Source: Polyangiales bacterium
Lineage (GTDB): Bacteria; Myxococcota_A; Polyangia; Polyangiales; JADJQN01
Length of the DNA stretch: 64,000 nt
Direction: 5' to 3'
Assembly: GCA_964202905.1 (NCBI GenBank)
Contig: CAXNJO010000004.1
Coordinates: 224,001-288,000 of the forward strand
Both the position numbers and the translations under genes were made by a program. Under the pieces are notes generated by a model. The model was not told the DNA's origin. It was given only the letters and a program-made list of their open reading frames with translations, and ran no database searches. Numbering within the stretch: position 1 is the first letter of the stretch; every line of letters begins with the position of its first letter. Positions 1 through 8,345 of the stretch are shown here, piece after piece.

Positions 1-843
1 GACGGCACCGCGCAGACCGCGGTGTTCGTCGGGCCGGCGAGCCGCGTCGGCGGCGAGGGGGCGCTCTGGCTCGGTCGCTCGGCCACGCGACACGCACCGA
101 CGAATTCTCTCGTCGATCCGGACGGATGCGACGCGCCCACGCGCCTCTCGCTGGCCCGCGCGGCGGGGGACGGATTCGCGGCGCAGGCGACCCCACGCTG
201 TGCGCCTCTCGCGCGGGGCGAGGCGCGCCGCGTGGCGGTCCACGTCGAGGGCGGCGTGTGTGCTCGGTTCGAGGCAGTGGCGTCTCCCGGCATCGCGCGC
301 GCCCACGTCGCGCTGACCCGCGACGGCGCGCCACTCGTCGAGCACACCGGCCGCGGCCTCGCCGACCCCGCGATCGTCCACGTCTGCAGCGCAGCGCCGC
401 TCGACCTCGAGGCGTCCGTCGTCGCGCGGGCCGGAAGCGGCGCGATCGGCTTGCTGGTCGCGACGCGCCGGCGTGCCAGCGAGACCGCGCTCTCGCCCGA
501 CGCGGAGGCCTCGCTGCTGGACGAGCGCGCCCGCGTCGAGGCCGGCGGCGCCACACTGGGCGGGACGCGCGAGGGCCGCTGCGCACCCGCGGCGCCCCTC
601 GCGATCGACATCGCCGCGGGCACTTGCACGCGCGCCGCGTTCGTCGCCGCGGAGGGCGCACCCGTCGAACTCCGCGCGATACGGGGCGGCGACGTCGTCG
701 GCCGCGACGTCGGGCCCGCCCCCCACGTCGGGCATTGCGCCCCGCCGGGCGCGCCGCGGCGCGTCGAGGTGCGTTGCACCCCCGTCGAGGGCAGCGGCGC
801 CCCCGGCCACTGGGCCCTGTCCACGCGAACCCCCGGCCACTGA
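1..843 (+). CDS. Hypothetical protein, 5'-truncated by the window edge (Cys-containing, myxobacterial type)
   Basis: Frame 1 is open from base 1 to TGA at 841-843 with GC3-rich codons; no family recognised. Confidence 0.6.
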   Translation, partial: DGTAQTAVFVGPASRVGGEGALWLGRSATRHAPTNSLVDPDGCDAPTRLSLARAAGDGFAAQATPRCAPLARGEARRVAVHVEGGVCARFEAVASPGIARAHVALTRDGAPLVEHTGRGLADPAIVHVCSAAPLDLEASVVARAGSGAIGLLVATRRRASETALSPDAEASLLDERARVEAGGATLGGTREGRCAPAAPLAIDIAAGTCTRAAFVAAEGAPVELRAIRGGDVVGRDVGPAPHVGHCAPPGAPRRVEVRCTPVEGSGAPGHWALSTRTPGH

Positions 844-891
844 GCGGATCTCGCGGCAGCCGCGGCGACGCCGCGAACGCCGGGCCACCCG

Positions 892-1422
892 CTACGGACC
901 GCCCTGGCCGCGCACGTACGCGACGAAATCCGCGACGTCGCGCCCGAGGCGCCCCTCGGCGTGATGAGCGCTGCGGCGCCCGTCCTGCGCGTCCGCGACG
1001 CCCGGATAGAAGCGATAGGCCCGCTCGTCGAGGAGCAGCACCTGCGCCCGCGTGTCCTCGCCGGCCCCAGGGAGGATCTGCAACTCGAGCGTCGTCGGCG
1101 CGGGGGGGAGCTCGGCGACGTCCTCGCGGTCCTGACGCGTCACGTACTCGACCCCGAACGTGCCGCCGCCGAGGCGGACGTCGACGCGCATCCGCTCGGC
1201 GCCACCGACATCGACCTCCCAGCCCGGGCCCGCCGCGATCCCCTCGTGCTGGAGGGTCTCGGCGATGACCTCGAGCGCGCGCGCCTCGCCGAGGTCGTGC
1301 GGACGCGCGGGCGGCACGTGACCGGGCGGGGCGCCCCCGCAACCCACAGCGACCACCGACAGCAGCAGCAGGAGCCGGCGAGCCAGAAGAGATGCGCGGC
1401 GAAGGCGGGCGAGGTCGGTCAT
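892..1422 (-). CDS. Hypothetical lipoprotein
   Basis: MTDLARLRRASLLARRLLLLLSVVAVGC is a signal peptide with lipobox; the ATG overlaps the stop of the upstream gene (ATGA). Confidence 0.7.
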   Translation of the reverse strand: MTDLARLRRASLLARRLLLLLSVVAVGCGGAPPGHVPPARPHDLGEARALEVIAETLQHEGIAAGPGWEVDVGGAERMRVDVRLGGGTFGVEYVTRQDREDVAELPPAPTTLELQILPGAGEDTRAQVLLLDERAYRFYPGVADAQDGRRSAHHAEGRLGRDVADFVAYVRGQGGP

Positions 1423-2015
1423 TCGAGGGTGATGGGGTAGCTGGCGGTGAGGGTGGGGCCGTCGAACGAGGGGAACGTGACGCCCCGCGCCGCGGCCCGG
1501 AGGCACTCCCCGGACTCCCCACCGACGACGGCGCGCGGCCCCGAGAGGTTCACCGCAGACACACGACCCGTGCCGGCGATCTGCAGGCCGAGCGAGAGCC
1601 GGCCCGTCACAGGCGAGTCCCCGGCGACGAGGAGCAGGCACCGGCGGATTCGCGGCATCGCCCCCTCGAAGGCGCGCTCGATCTGCGCGCCGGTGAGTTG
1701 CGCCTCGCCCCCGGATGCGCCGACGTCGAGGGTCCGAGTGCCGGGCTCCGCGAGCTCGTCGCCCGTGAGAATCTCCTCGTCACCGCCCGCCGCTGCGGGC
1801 GCCGCGTGTTCGCCCTCCGCGCCGCCGCGCCGCCCGCCCCGGCGACGTCGCGTCCCGCCGGCCGGCAGACCGGCATCCGGGGCGGTGTCAGCGGCGACCA
1901 CCTCCACGGGCACCGGCGGCGCTTCGGCGGGCGCGAAGTCACCGAAGACATAGAGCGCCGCCGCGCCCCCCCAGAGCAGCGAAGCGGTCGCGAAGCCGGC
2001 GAGGAACTTCTCCAC
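1419..2015 (-). CDS. AgmX/PglI C-terminal (TonB-C-like) domain membrane protein
   Basis: N-terminal TM segment, Pro/Arg linker, then QLTGAQIERAF..MPRIRRC..GRLSLGLQIAGTGRVSAV..ECL..FPSFDGP..YPI, typical of the myxobacterial AgmX/PglI C-domain. Confidence 0.7.
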   Translation of the reverse strand: MEKFLAGFATASLLWGGAAALYVFGDFAPAEAPPVPVEVVAADTAPDAGLPAGGTRRRRGGRRGGAEGEHAAPAAAGGDEEILTGDELAEPGTRTLDVGASGGEAQLTGAQIERAFEGAMPRIRRCLLLVAGDSPVTGRLSLGLQIAGTGRVSAVNLSGPRAVVGGESGECLRAAARGVTFPSFDGPTLTASYPITLE

Positions 2016-2105
2016 GGGTGCGCCATATACCACGCCCGCACCGCCCCCCCGGGCCGCGCGGCACGTCTTGACCGCCCCGTGCCACTCCTTTACCGTCCAT
2101 GCCCC

Positions 2106-2786
2106 GTGAGACTTTTCCCTCGCTCCTTCTCGTCGGCGCTCCTGCGGCTCGTGGCGCTGGCGCTCCTCGCGTCGCCTGCTGCCCTCGCTGCGCCCGGCGT
2201 CGCCGCGGCCCAACTCGACGACGAGCGCCCCCCGGGCGTCGGCGAAGGCGAGGACGACGCCCGCGAGGACGAAGGTCCGGCCCCCGTCACCATGCCGCTG
2301 CGCATCCTCGTGAGCGCAGGCGCGGGCTCGACGCTCCGGATCATCAACGACCTGTCGCTCTCTCAGGAGCGACTCGGGCCGTCGTTCCTCGACGTGGCGG
2401 GCTCGGTCGTGTTCCCCGGCGCCGGGCTCCTGCGGCACGGCGTGACGCTGGCCATCTCGACGAACCTCAACGGCGAGGGCCCCCCGCCGCCCGACGACAA
2501 CGGCATCGACCCGATCACGCAGTGGACGCTCACGCCCTCTTACCTCGCGTACCTGCGCTTCGGCGACGACGTCGTCCTCAGCGGTCGCGCGGGCGTCAAC
2601 CTCACGGTCGCCACGTACTTCGTGCCTGGCCTCGAACTCTCGGCGGGCGCCACCTACCTCTTCACCGCGGGGCTGGGTGCCTACGCGGAGCTCTCCGCGA
2701 ACCTCGCCTTCGGTGTCGCGAGCGAGCCGTCCCCGACCGCGAGCGTGGAAGTCGGCCTGATGATCGATTACGAGGTGCTCCCTTGA
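2106..2786 (+). CDS. Putative outer-membrane beta-barrel protein
   Basis: Signal peptide followed by alternating amphipathic beta-strands (GLELSAGATYLFTAGLGAYAELSANLAFG); C-terminus VGLMIDYEVLP. Confidence 0.6.
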   Translation: MRLFPRSFSSALLRLVALALLASPAALAAPGVAAAQLDDERPPGVGEGEDDAREDEGPAPVTMPLRILVSAGAGSTLRIINDLSLSQERLGPSFLDVAGSVVFPGAGLLRHGVTLAISTNLNGEGPPPPDDNGIDPITQWTLTPSYLAYLRFGDDVVLSGRAGVNLTVATYFVPGLELSAGATYLFTAGLGAYAELSANLAFGVASEPSPTASVEVGLMIDYEVLP

Positions 2787-3316
2787 CCCCGACGACCCTC
2801 CGCCGCGCACTCGCGGGTGCGCTCCTCCTCCTCGGCCTCGGCGGTCCGTCGCCGGGCGCGGTCGGCTCCTGCGGCGGCGAACTCAGCACCGTCGACGCGG
2901 TGCAATTCTGCGCGAACCGACGCGTCGCCGAGTGCAACCGCGGCCGCGCCCGCGGCGACGCGCAGGCCGCCCCGCCGACGCCCTGCGCCGATGACCCCGC
3001 GACGCCCGAAAACGAGGCCGACCCCACCATCTGCAACTGGCGCTACTGCCTCGAGCAGGTCCCCAGCCGCTGCAGCATGGCGAGTTGGGCGGGTTGCAAC
3101 CCGCCCCCGAGCCAGGCCGTCGCTGAAGCCTGCCTGCTCGCGCTGACGAGTTTCGACCGTCTCGCGCAGCCCACGGCCGAGCTCGCCGAGTGCAACATCG
3201 AGGTCATCTGTCCGAGCGGTGCCGGCCTCTCGGAGGCGCTCGTCGAGGACGACGCGTCCTCCAACGCCCCCGACGCGGGCGACCTCGAGACGTCCGATTC
3301 CCTCGAGGTGCCCTGA
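2783..3316 (+). CDS. Secreted Cys-rich hypothetical protein
   Basis: TTG start overlaps the previous stop; hydrophobic N-terminus, PGAVGSC, about 11 Cys. Confidence 0.6.
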   Translation: MTPTTLRRALAGALLLLGLGGPSPGAVGSCGGELSTVDAVQFCANRRVAECNRGRARGDAQAAPPTPCADDPATPENEADPTICNWRYCLEQVPSRCSMASWAGCNPPPSQAVAEACLLALTSFDRLAQPTAELAECNIEVICPSGAGLSEALVEDDASSNAPDAGDLETSDSLEVP

Positions 3317-4734
3317 TGTTCCGCAGCTCCTCTTCCGTTCGCCAGCGCGCGCTCTCCCTCGTCCTCGGAGGCTCCCTCCTCGCGGCCAGCGGCTGCGCGG
3401 TACTGGCGGGCAAGTCCGAGTACGCCGCGTACAGGGCCGTACGCACCGCGGGCGACGACCAGTCCCGCCTCCTCGCCGAGCAGGCATACATGGAGGCGAA
3501 CCCCAATGGCCAATGGTCGAAGCAGGTCCAGGCGCACCGCGTCGAGGCCGAACCCGGGGTCTGGGAGGCGGGGAAGGGGACGCGCGACGGCCTCGAGTTC
3601 TACCTCGCGGCCTTCCCGGACGGCCCGCACGTCACGCAGGCGCGCCCACGGCTCGCGGCGCTGATGACCGTCCACGGCCGCCGCGAAGACGAAGACGCAC
3701 GGCGCCGCGCGATCGAGGCCCAGCGACGGGTCCAGCAAGAAGAGCAGCGCCGCACGTGGACCACACGCGCCGTCTCCTATTGGACGCGGACGCTCATCGG
3801 CCTGCAGGGTTGGGGCTCTCCCATCTCGGAGGTCGCGCAGGCCAACCCCTCGTTTTCGCGCGCGTTCGGCGAAAACCCGCCTCCGCGCTGCAACGCCGAC
3901 GAGTGCGTGAAATTCTACCGGAACACGTACGCCATCCCGGTGCCCGGAGCGACGCGCATCGACCGCGCCATCGAGTTCGTCCTTCGCTTGAAGATGCCCG
4001 GCGGCAACGTGGACCGCGTCGAACTTCTCCTGCCGAACAAGGGTTTCTCGCGCTGGTTCGAGATGGAGAACCGCACGATTGTCACCGACGAGGACCCGAC
4101 CCAGCGCCAACAGGCCATCGACTGGGTCCTCGAGCGCCTCGCGCCCGTTCTCGGCGAGGCCGGCGCGGCCCAGCCCACAGAGGGCATCAGCGTCGATACG
4201 CTTGCGCCGCTCGGGTTCTCCTCGACGGGCGAGGCGACTGGCACCGGCACCCCTGGCTCCGGCGGTGCCGACGCGGCTGACGAGCCCGCCGCGACTCCGG
4301 CCGCGACGCAGGAGGCGGCCTCCGCCGCCCCCGCCCCCGCGCCCGCAGCGCCCCAAGAGTCGGCCCCCACGCCCGGCACGGACGCCCCCCCCCTGGCGGG
4401 GGCTTCGGTGGACGATCTTCTCGCGCGTCATGGCGGCACCAACGCTGCGCCTCCCGCAGCCTCGGCGGCGCCCGCCGAACCTGCCGCTCCCGCTGCGGTC
4501 GAAGCGCCCGTCGCCCCGCGTGCGGTGCGCATCTTCACGACGTCGAGTTTGCGCGTCGTGGTGTTCGCGGCCGCCGATGACGACTACGGCACCGCTTGGG
4601 ACGGTGTGTTCATCGAACGCAACCGCCCCGCGCCGCCCCCCGCGGTCGCCCCCACCGCGCCGCGCCGCCCGGGCGCGTCCCCGGGTGTCCGGTCCGGACC
4701 GCGTCCGGCCGGTCGCCCCAACCCGACCCCCTGA
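3316..4734 (+). CDS. Hypothetical lipoprotein with Pro/Ala-rich insert
   Basis: TGATG coupling to the upstream gene; LLAASGC lipobox; YLAAFPDGPHVTQAR helical repeat; strong codon bias. Confidence 0.75.
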   Translation: MFRSSSSVRQRALSLVLGGSLLAASGCAVLAGKSEYAAYRAVRTAGDDQSRLLAEQAYMEANPNGQWSKQVQAHRVEAEPGVWEAGKGTRDGLEFYLAAFPDGPHVTQARPRLAALMTVHGRREDEDARRRAIEAQRRVQQEEQRRTWTTRAVSYWTRTLIGLQGWGSPISEVAQANPSFSRAFGENPPPRCNADECVKFYRNTYAIPVPGATRIDRAIEFVLRLKMPGGNVDRVELLLPNKGFSRWFEMENRTIVTDEDPTQRQQAIDWVLERLAPVLGEAGAAQPTEGISVDTLAPLGFSSTGEATGTGTPGSGGADAADEPAATPAATQEAASAAPAPAPAAPQESAPTPGTDAPPLAGASVDDLLARHGGTNAAPPAASAAPAEPAAPAAVEAPVAPRAVRIFTTSSLRVVVFAAADDDYGTAWDGVFIERNRPAPPPAVAPTAPRRPGASPGVRSGPRPAGRPNPTP

Positions 4735-4859
4735 CGTCGCGCCGAGGCTGTCGGCCCTTCCGCGCACCGGTGCGCGCCCGCGCGCGTCGGCAGCCCGCCG
4801 CGACCGTTGCTCCCTCCCGACCCACCAGCCCCGGCGCCCAGCGCCGGTCCGAGGCTCCA

Positions 4860-6323
4860 TTGCGACCGCCCTCGACCCGCACGCTCGTCCGGATCTCCAT
4901 CGCGGCCGCACTCCAACTGCTCGCGTGCGGTGGCGACGACGACCGGCCGCCCCCCGGCGTGCCCGATCTCGGGCCCCCGCCGCCGCCGGCCGCGTTCGCG
5001 AGCCCGAACGTCGCCTACGAGGGGCAGCAGCGGTTCCTGACGACGATCACCGCCCCGGGGCTCGACCTCACCGACGCCATCGTGAGCGCGGTCGATCCGA
5101 TGGGGCCACTCGAAGTGATCGAGGCCCGCTGCACCGCCGCGCGCTGTGGCGTTCACCTCCGCGTGCGTGACACGCGGAGCAACGCCGAGGTCCCCGACCC
5201 CGTTCCAGCGCCAATCAGCAACCGCAATGAATTCGTTGAGTTGCGCATCGAATCGCAGATCCGACGAGCGGTCGTGACGGTCTGGCCCACGCAGCAATTG
5301 AACGGCGCGGGGATGGCCTCGCTTCGGGACTCGCTTCTCGCGTCGGGCGGTACCGTCGACGCGACCGGGTCGTACGTCGGGGCGCCCATCGGCGGGCCCA
5401 TCCGCTGGTTCTCGATGGGCCCGCTGCGTTTCGCGGGCACGCTCGACGTGTCCGGGCCCGGCGCGCTCGCGCGGGTCGGCGGCGGCGCGGGCGGCGCGCC
5501 CGGATCGGCAGGCGCTGGACCCGGCGGGGGCGCCCCCGGCGTCGGTGGCGCAGGCGGCGGTGGAGGCGGCCATGCCAGCGCGGGCATCGCGGGCACGGGC
5601 GCGGACGGTACCCCGGCGGGTGGCGGCGCAGGCGGGGCCGCCTACGGCGCAGCGAGTGCCGCGTGCCTCGAAGACGTGCGCACGACCGTGTGCGGCGGGT
5701 CCGGCGGAGGGGGCGCGACGGGCGAGGGGGGCGCCGGGGGAGGGAGTTTCCTGATCGTGTCCCTCGAGGCGCTCGACCTCAGCGGCGCGACGCTCCTGTC
5801 GCGGGGCGGCGCCGGCTCGGGCGGCGGCGGCGGCGGAAGCGGCGGCAACCTCCTGGTCGCCGCACCGTCGTGGACGCCTCCCGCGATGCTCGACGCGTCG
5901 GGTGGTTTGGGAGACGGGCCGGGCGGTGCCGGAGCCTCCGGCAACGTCCGCATCGATGTCGGGACAGGCGAAGGCTGGCCCGGTGCGTTCGCCGGTCCGC
6001 GCCTCGACCCGGCGAGCGCACCGCTTTTCGGCGGCGCGACCGTCACGCTCCGTGGCGTGGCGGGCGCCGGCCACACCGTCCACGTTGAGCGACACGACGA
6101 CGGCCGCCGCGTGAGCGCGACCGCTGGGAGCGACGGTGTGTTCTCGCTCGATGTCCCGCTTGCCGAGGGCGGCAATCGCCTGCGTATCATCGAGGACACG
6201 GACGCCGGCCCCGTGCGCGGCTGGATTGGGAACGCCTTCGAATTCGGCACCGGCGCGCGCTGCGTGACCGCATCGGTCTGCGTGCCCATCGGCGCATTCG
6301 TCGACATCCTTCGCGTCGAGTAG
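4860..6323 (+). CDS. Glycine-rich lipoprotein with C-terminal Ig-like domain
   Basis: LQLLAC-GGDDD lipobox; GGGGGH/GGSGGG/GGAGGG repeats; C-terminal GVFSLDVPLAEGGNRLRI; start uncertain. Confidence 0.7.
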   Translation: MRPPSTRTLVRISIAAALQLLACGGDDDRPPPGVPDLGPPPPPAAFASPNVAYEGQQRFLTTITAPGLDLTDAIVSAVDPMGPLEVIEARCTAARCGVHLRVRDTRSNAEVPDPVPAPISNRNEFVELRIESQIRRAVVTVWPTQQLNGAGMASLRDSLLASGGTVDATGSYVGAPIGGPIRWFSMGPLRFAGTLDVSGPGALARVGGGAGGAPGSAGAGPGGGAPGVGGAGGGGGGHASAGIAGTGADGTPAGGGAGGAAYGAASAACLEDVRTTVCGGSGGGGATGEGGAGGGSFLIVSLEALDLSGATLLSRGGAGSGGGGGGSGGNLLVAAPSWTPPAMLDASGGLGDGPGGAGASGNVRIDVGTGEGWPGAFAGPRLDPASAPLFGGATVTLRGVAGAGHTVHVERHDDGRRVSATAGSDGVFSLDVPLAEGGNRLRIIEDTDAGPVRGWIGNAFEFGTGARCVTASVCVPIGAFVDILRVE

Positions 6324-6423
6324 CACTGCCAGATTACGTTGGAGTCTCGTGGCCTTGCGCCGCGAACGGAAGACGCGCTCGCTCCTCGTACGTGGGGCGC
6401 GGGGGGTGGTCCGCACACCGCGC

Positions 6424-6452
6424 TTGACGACCCGGAAGTGCGCCCGCATAAC
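6424..6452 (+). promoter_or_regulatory. Sigma-70-type promoter of the polyprenyl synthase-GbsR operon
   Basis: TTGACG (6424-6429), 17-nt spacer, CATAAC (6447-6452). Confidence 0.55.
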
Positions 6453-6468
6453 TTCAAATAGTTTTGAA
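6453..6468. promoter_or_regulatory. Palindromic operator, probably for the GbsR-family regulator
   Basis: Perfect AT-rich inverted repeat TTCAAA-TAGT-TTTGAA directly after the -10 element in a very GC-rich background. Confidence 0.6.
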
Positions 6469-6506
6469 CGAACGATCGTGGCCAGGCGATCGCGAAAGGC
6501 TCTTTC

Positions 6507-7544
6507 ATGACGCCCGCCGTGCAACTGGAGGCGCTAGAGCGCGCCGCGACCGCCGATCCGAGCACGGGCACCGCGACACGCGCGAACCTCGCTGAGGTGA
6601 GCGCCATTCTCGGCGAGGCGCTCCCGGCGCTCGAGGCCGCGATCGCCCTTGCGACGCGCGGTTCGGCGCCGCTCGATCTCGCCGCGCGCAACCTGGTGAC
6701 AGCGGGCGGCAAACGCGTCCGACCCATGACCACGCTCCTCGCGGCGGCGGCCTGTGGTGGCGACCCGGTCCGCGCGTTGCCATTCGCGACGGCGGCCGAG
6801 TTGGTGCATTCGGCGACGCTGCTCCACGACGACGTCATCGACGAGGGCGAGGAGCGCCGCGGTCGTCCGGCGTCGCGCGTCGTGTTCGGGAATCTCGTCT
6901 CCGTCCTCGCGGGCGACCTGCTGCTGACGCGCGCCATCGAGCTGGTCGACGCGGCGGCCGTCCCGGATGTCATGCGTGACCTGCTCGCGACGCTGCATGC
7001 CCTCATCGCAGGCGAGGTCGCGCAGATGCAGGCCCGGCACCGCGAGGATCTGGGCATCGACGGCTACCTGCAGATCGTCCAAGGCAAGACGGCATCGCTC
7101 TTCGGCTTCGCTTGCCGGGCGGGTGCGCGGTCCGCGGGGATCAGCGGAGATCGCGTCGCGGGACTCGGCCGCTTCGGCGAGAACGTCGGGATCGCGTTTC
7201 AGGTGATCGACGACGTGCTTGACCTCGACGGGGATCCGGAGCGCGTCGGCAAGCGCCTCGGCGCAGACCTCGCGGAGGGCAAGACGACGCTGCCGCTCGC
7301 GTTCGCGCTGATGGAGGATCCCTCACGGCTGCGCGTCTTGTTGCCGGCCGCGCGCGCGGGCGACCGGGACGCGGCGCGCGCGGTGGCGATGCTGCCCGGG
7401 GTCCGCCGGGGCTGCCAGCGGGCGCGCGAGTACGCTGGCGGCCGCACAGCCAGCGCGCTCGCTGAGATTTCCCACCTGCCGCCGACGCGTGCGCGAGGGC
7501 TGCTCGAGGCGCTCGTGCACGAGCTCGTCGGGCGCCGGGCCTGA
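6507..7544 (+). CDS. Polyprenyl (octa/heptaprenyl-type) diphosphate synthase
   Basis: GGKRVRP, ELVHSATLLHDDVIDEGEERRG (FARM), GKTASLF, FQVIDDVLD (SARM), DLAEGKTTLP. Confidence 0.93.
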   Translation: MTPAVQLEALERAATADPSTGTATRANLAEVSAILGEALPALEAAIALATRGSAPLDLAARNLVTAGGKRVRPMTTLLAAAACGGDPVRALPFATAAELVHSATLLHDDVIDEGEERRGRPASRVVFGNLVSVLAGDLLLTRAIELVDAAAVPDVMRDLLATLHALIAGEVAQMQARHREDLGIDGYLQIVQGKTASLFGFACRAGARSAGISGDRVAGLGRFGENVGIAFQVIDDVLDLDGDPERVGKRLGADLAEGKTTLPLAFALMEDPSRLRVLLPAARAGDRDAARAVAMLPGVRRGCQRAREYAGGRTASALAEISHLPPTRARGLLEALVHELVGRRA

Positions 7545-7556
7545 GGAGCGCGGCCC

Positions 7557-8168
7557 GTGACGCCGGAACCGCCCGACCCATCCGAGCACTCGAGAGCGCT
7601 GGCCGCGAACAGCGCGCTCTCCGCGGTGCCCGACGCGCTCCGCGCGAGCGAGGCCGCCGTCAGCGACGCCATCGGGCGACTCATGCAGTTCTGGGGCTTC
7701 AAACGCAACATGGGGCGCGTCTGGGCGGTGCTCTACATGAGCGAGCGGCCGCTCACGGCCCAGGATCTGCGAGAGCGCCTCCAACTCTCGACCGGCGCCG
7801 TGTCCATGACCGTCGCCGAGTTGCTGCGCTGGGGCGTGGTGAAGAAGCTCTGGGTCCAAGGAGAGCGACGCGAGCACTTCGCGGCCGAGGGGAACCTCTG
7901 GAAGATGATCTCCCGGGTTTTGAGGGAGCGAGAGCAGGCGGAGATCCTCGAGACCATCGCCGCCATGGAGGACGCGCTCCGCGCGATCGATGCGCACACG
8001 CGGTCGAGCGATCCCACGGTGCGGGCGCGTGCGCTCGTGCAGCGGGAGCGCATCGGCCAGTTGCTCGACCTCGCACGGCTCGGCCGACAGTTGCTCGACG
8101 CGCTCGTCTCGACGGCACGTCTCGACGCGAGCGCGCTCACGAGGTTTCTGCTCGGCGGCAGCCGCTGA
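7557..8168 (+). CDS. GbsR/MarR-family transcriptional regulator
   Basis: IGRLMQFWGFKRNMGRVWAVLYMSERPLTAQDL..LSTGAVSMTVAELLRWGVV..GERREHFAAE. Confidence 0.88.
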   Translation: MTPEPPDPSEHSRALAANSALSAVPDALRASEAAVSDAIGRLMQFWGFKRNMGRVWAVLYMSERPLTAQDLRERLQLSTGAVSMTVAELLRWGVVKKLWVQGERREHFAAEGNLWKMISRVLREREQAEILETIAAMEDALRAIDAHTRSSDPTVRARALVQRERIGQLLDLARLGRQLLDALVSTARLDASALTRFLLGGSR

Positions 8169-8199
8169 CACACGCCCCGCGCCGTCCGCTCGGTTCGCG

Positions 8200-8227
8200 A
8201 GTTGACATAATCTATCTTATGCGAAGT
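8200..8227 (-). other. dif site (XerC/XerD chromosome dimer resolution site)
   Basis: The minus strand reads ACTTCGCATAA-GATAGA-TTATGTCAACT, matching the 11-6-11 layout of E. coli dif GGTGCGCATAA-TGTATA-TTATGTTAAAT; it lies between convergent genes. Confidence 0.85.
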
Positions 8228-8345
8228 GAACCATCGAGCCGCGGGGGGGGTGGTGAAACCCGCACCGCGGCCTGAGGCTCGCCACAAGATCCGGGAAGAA
8301 TTCGGTTTCCAGTGTGCGCGTGGTTCGCGCGGCGCGGGGACGCCG

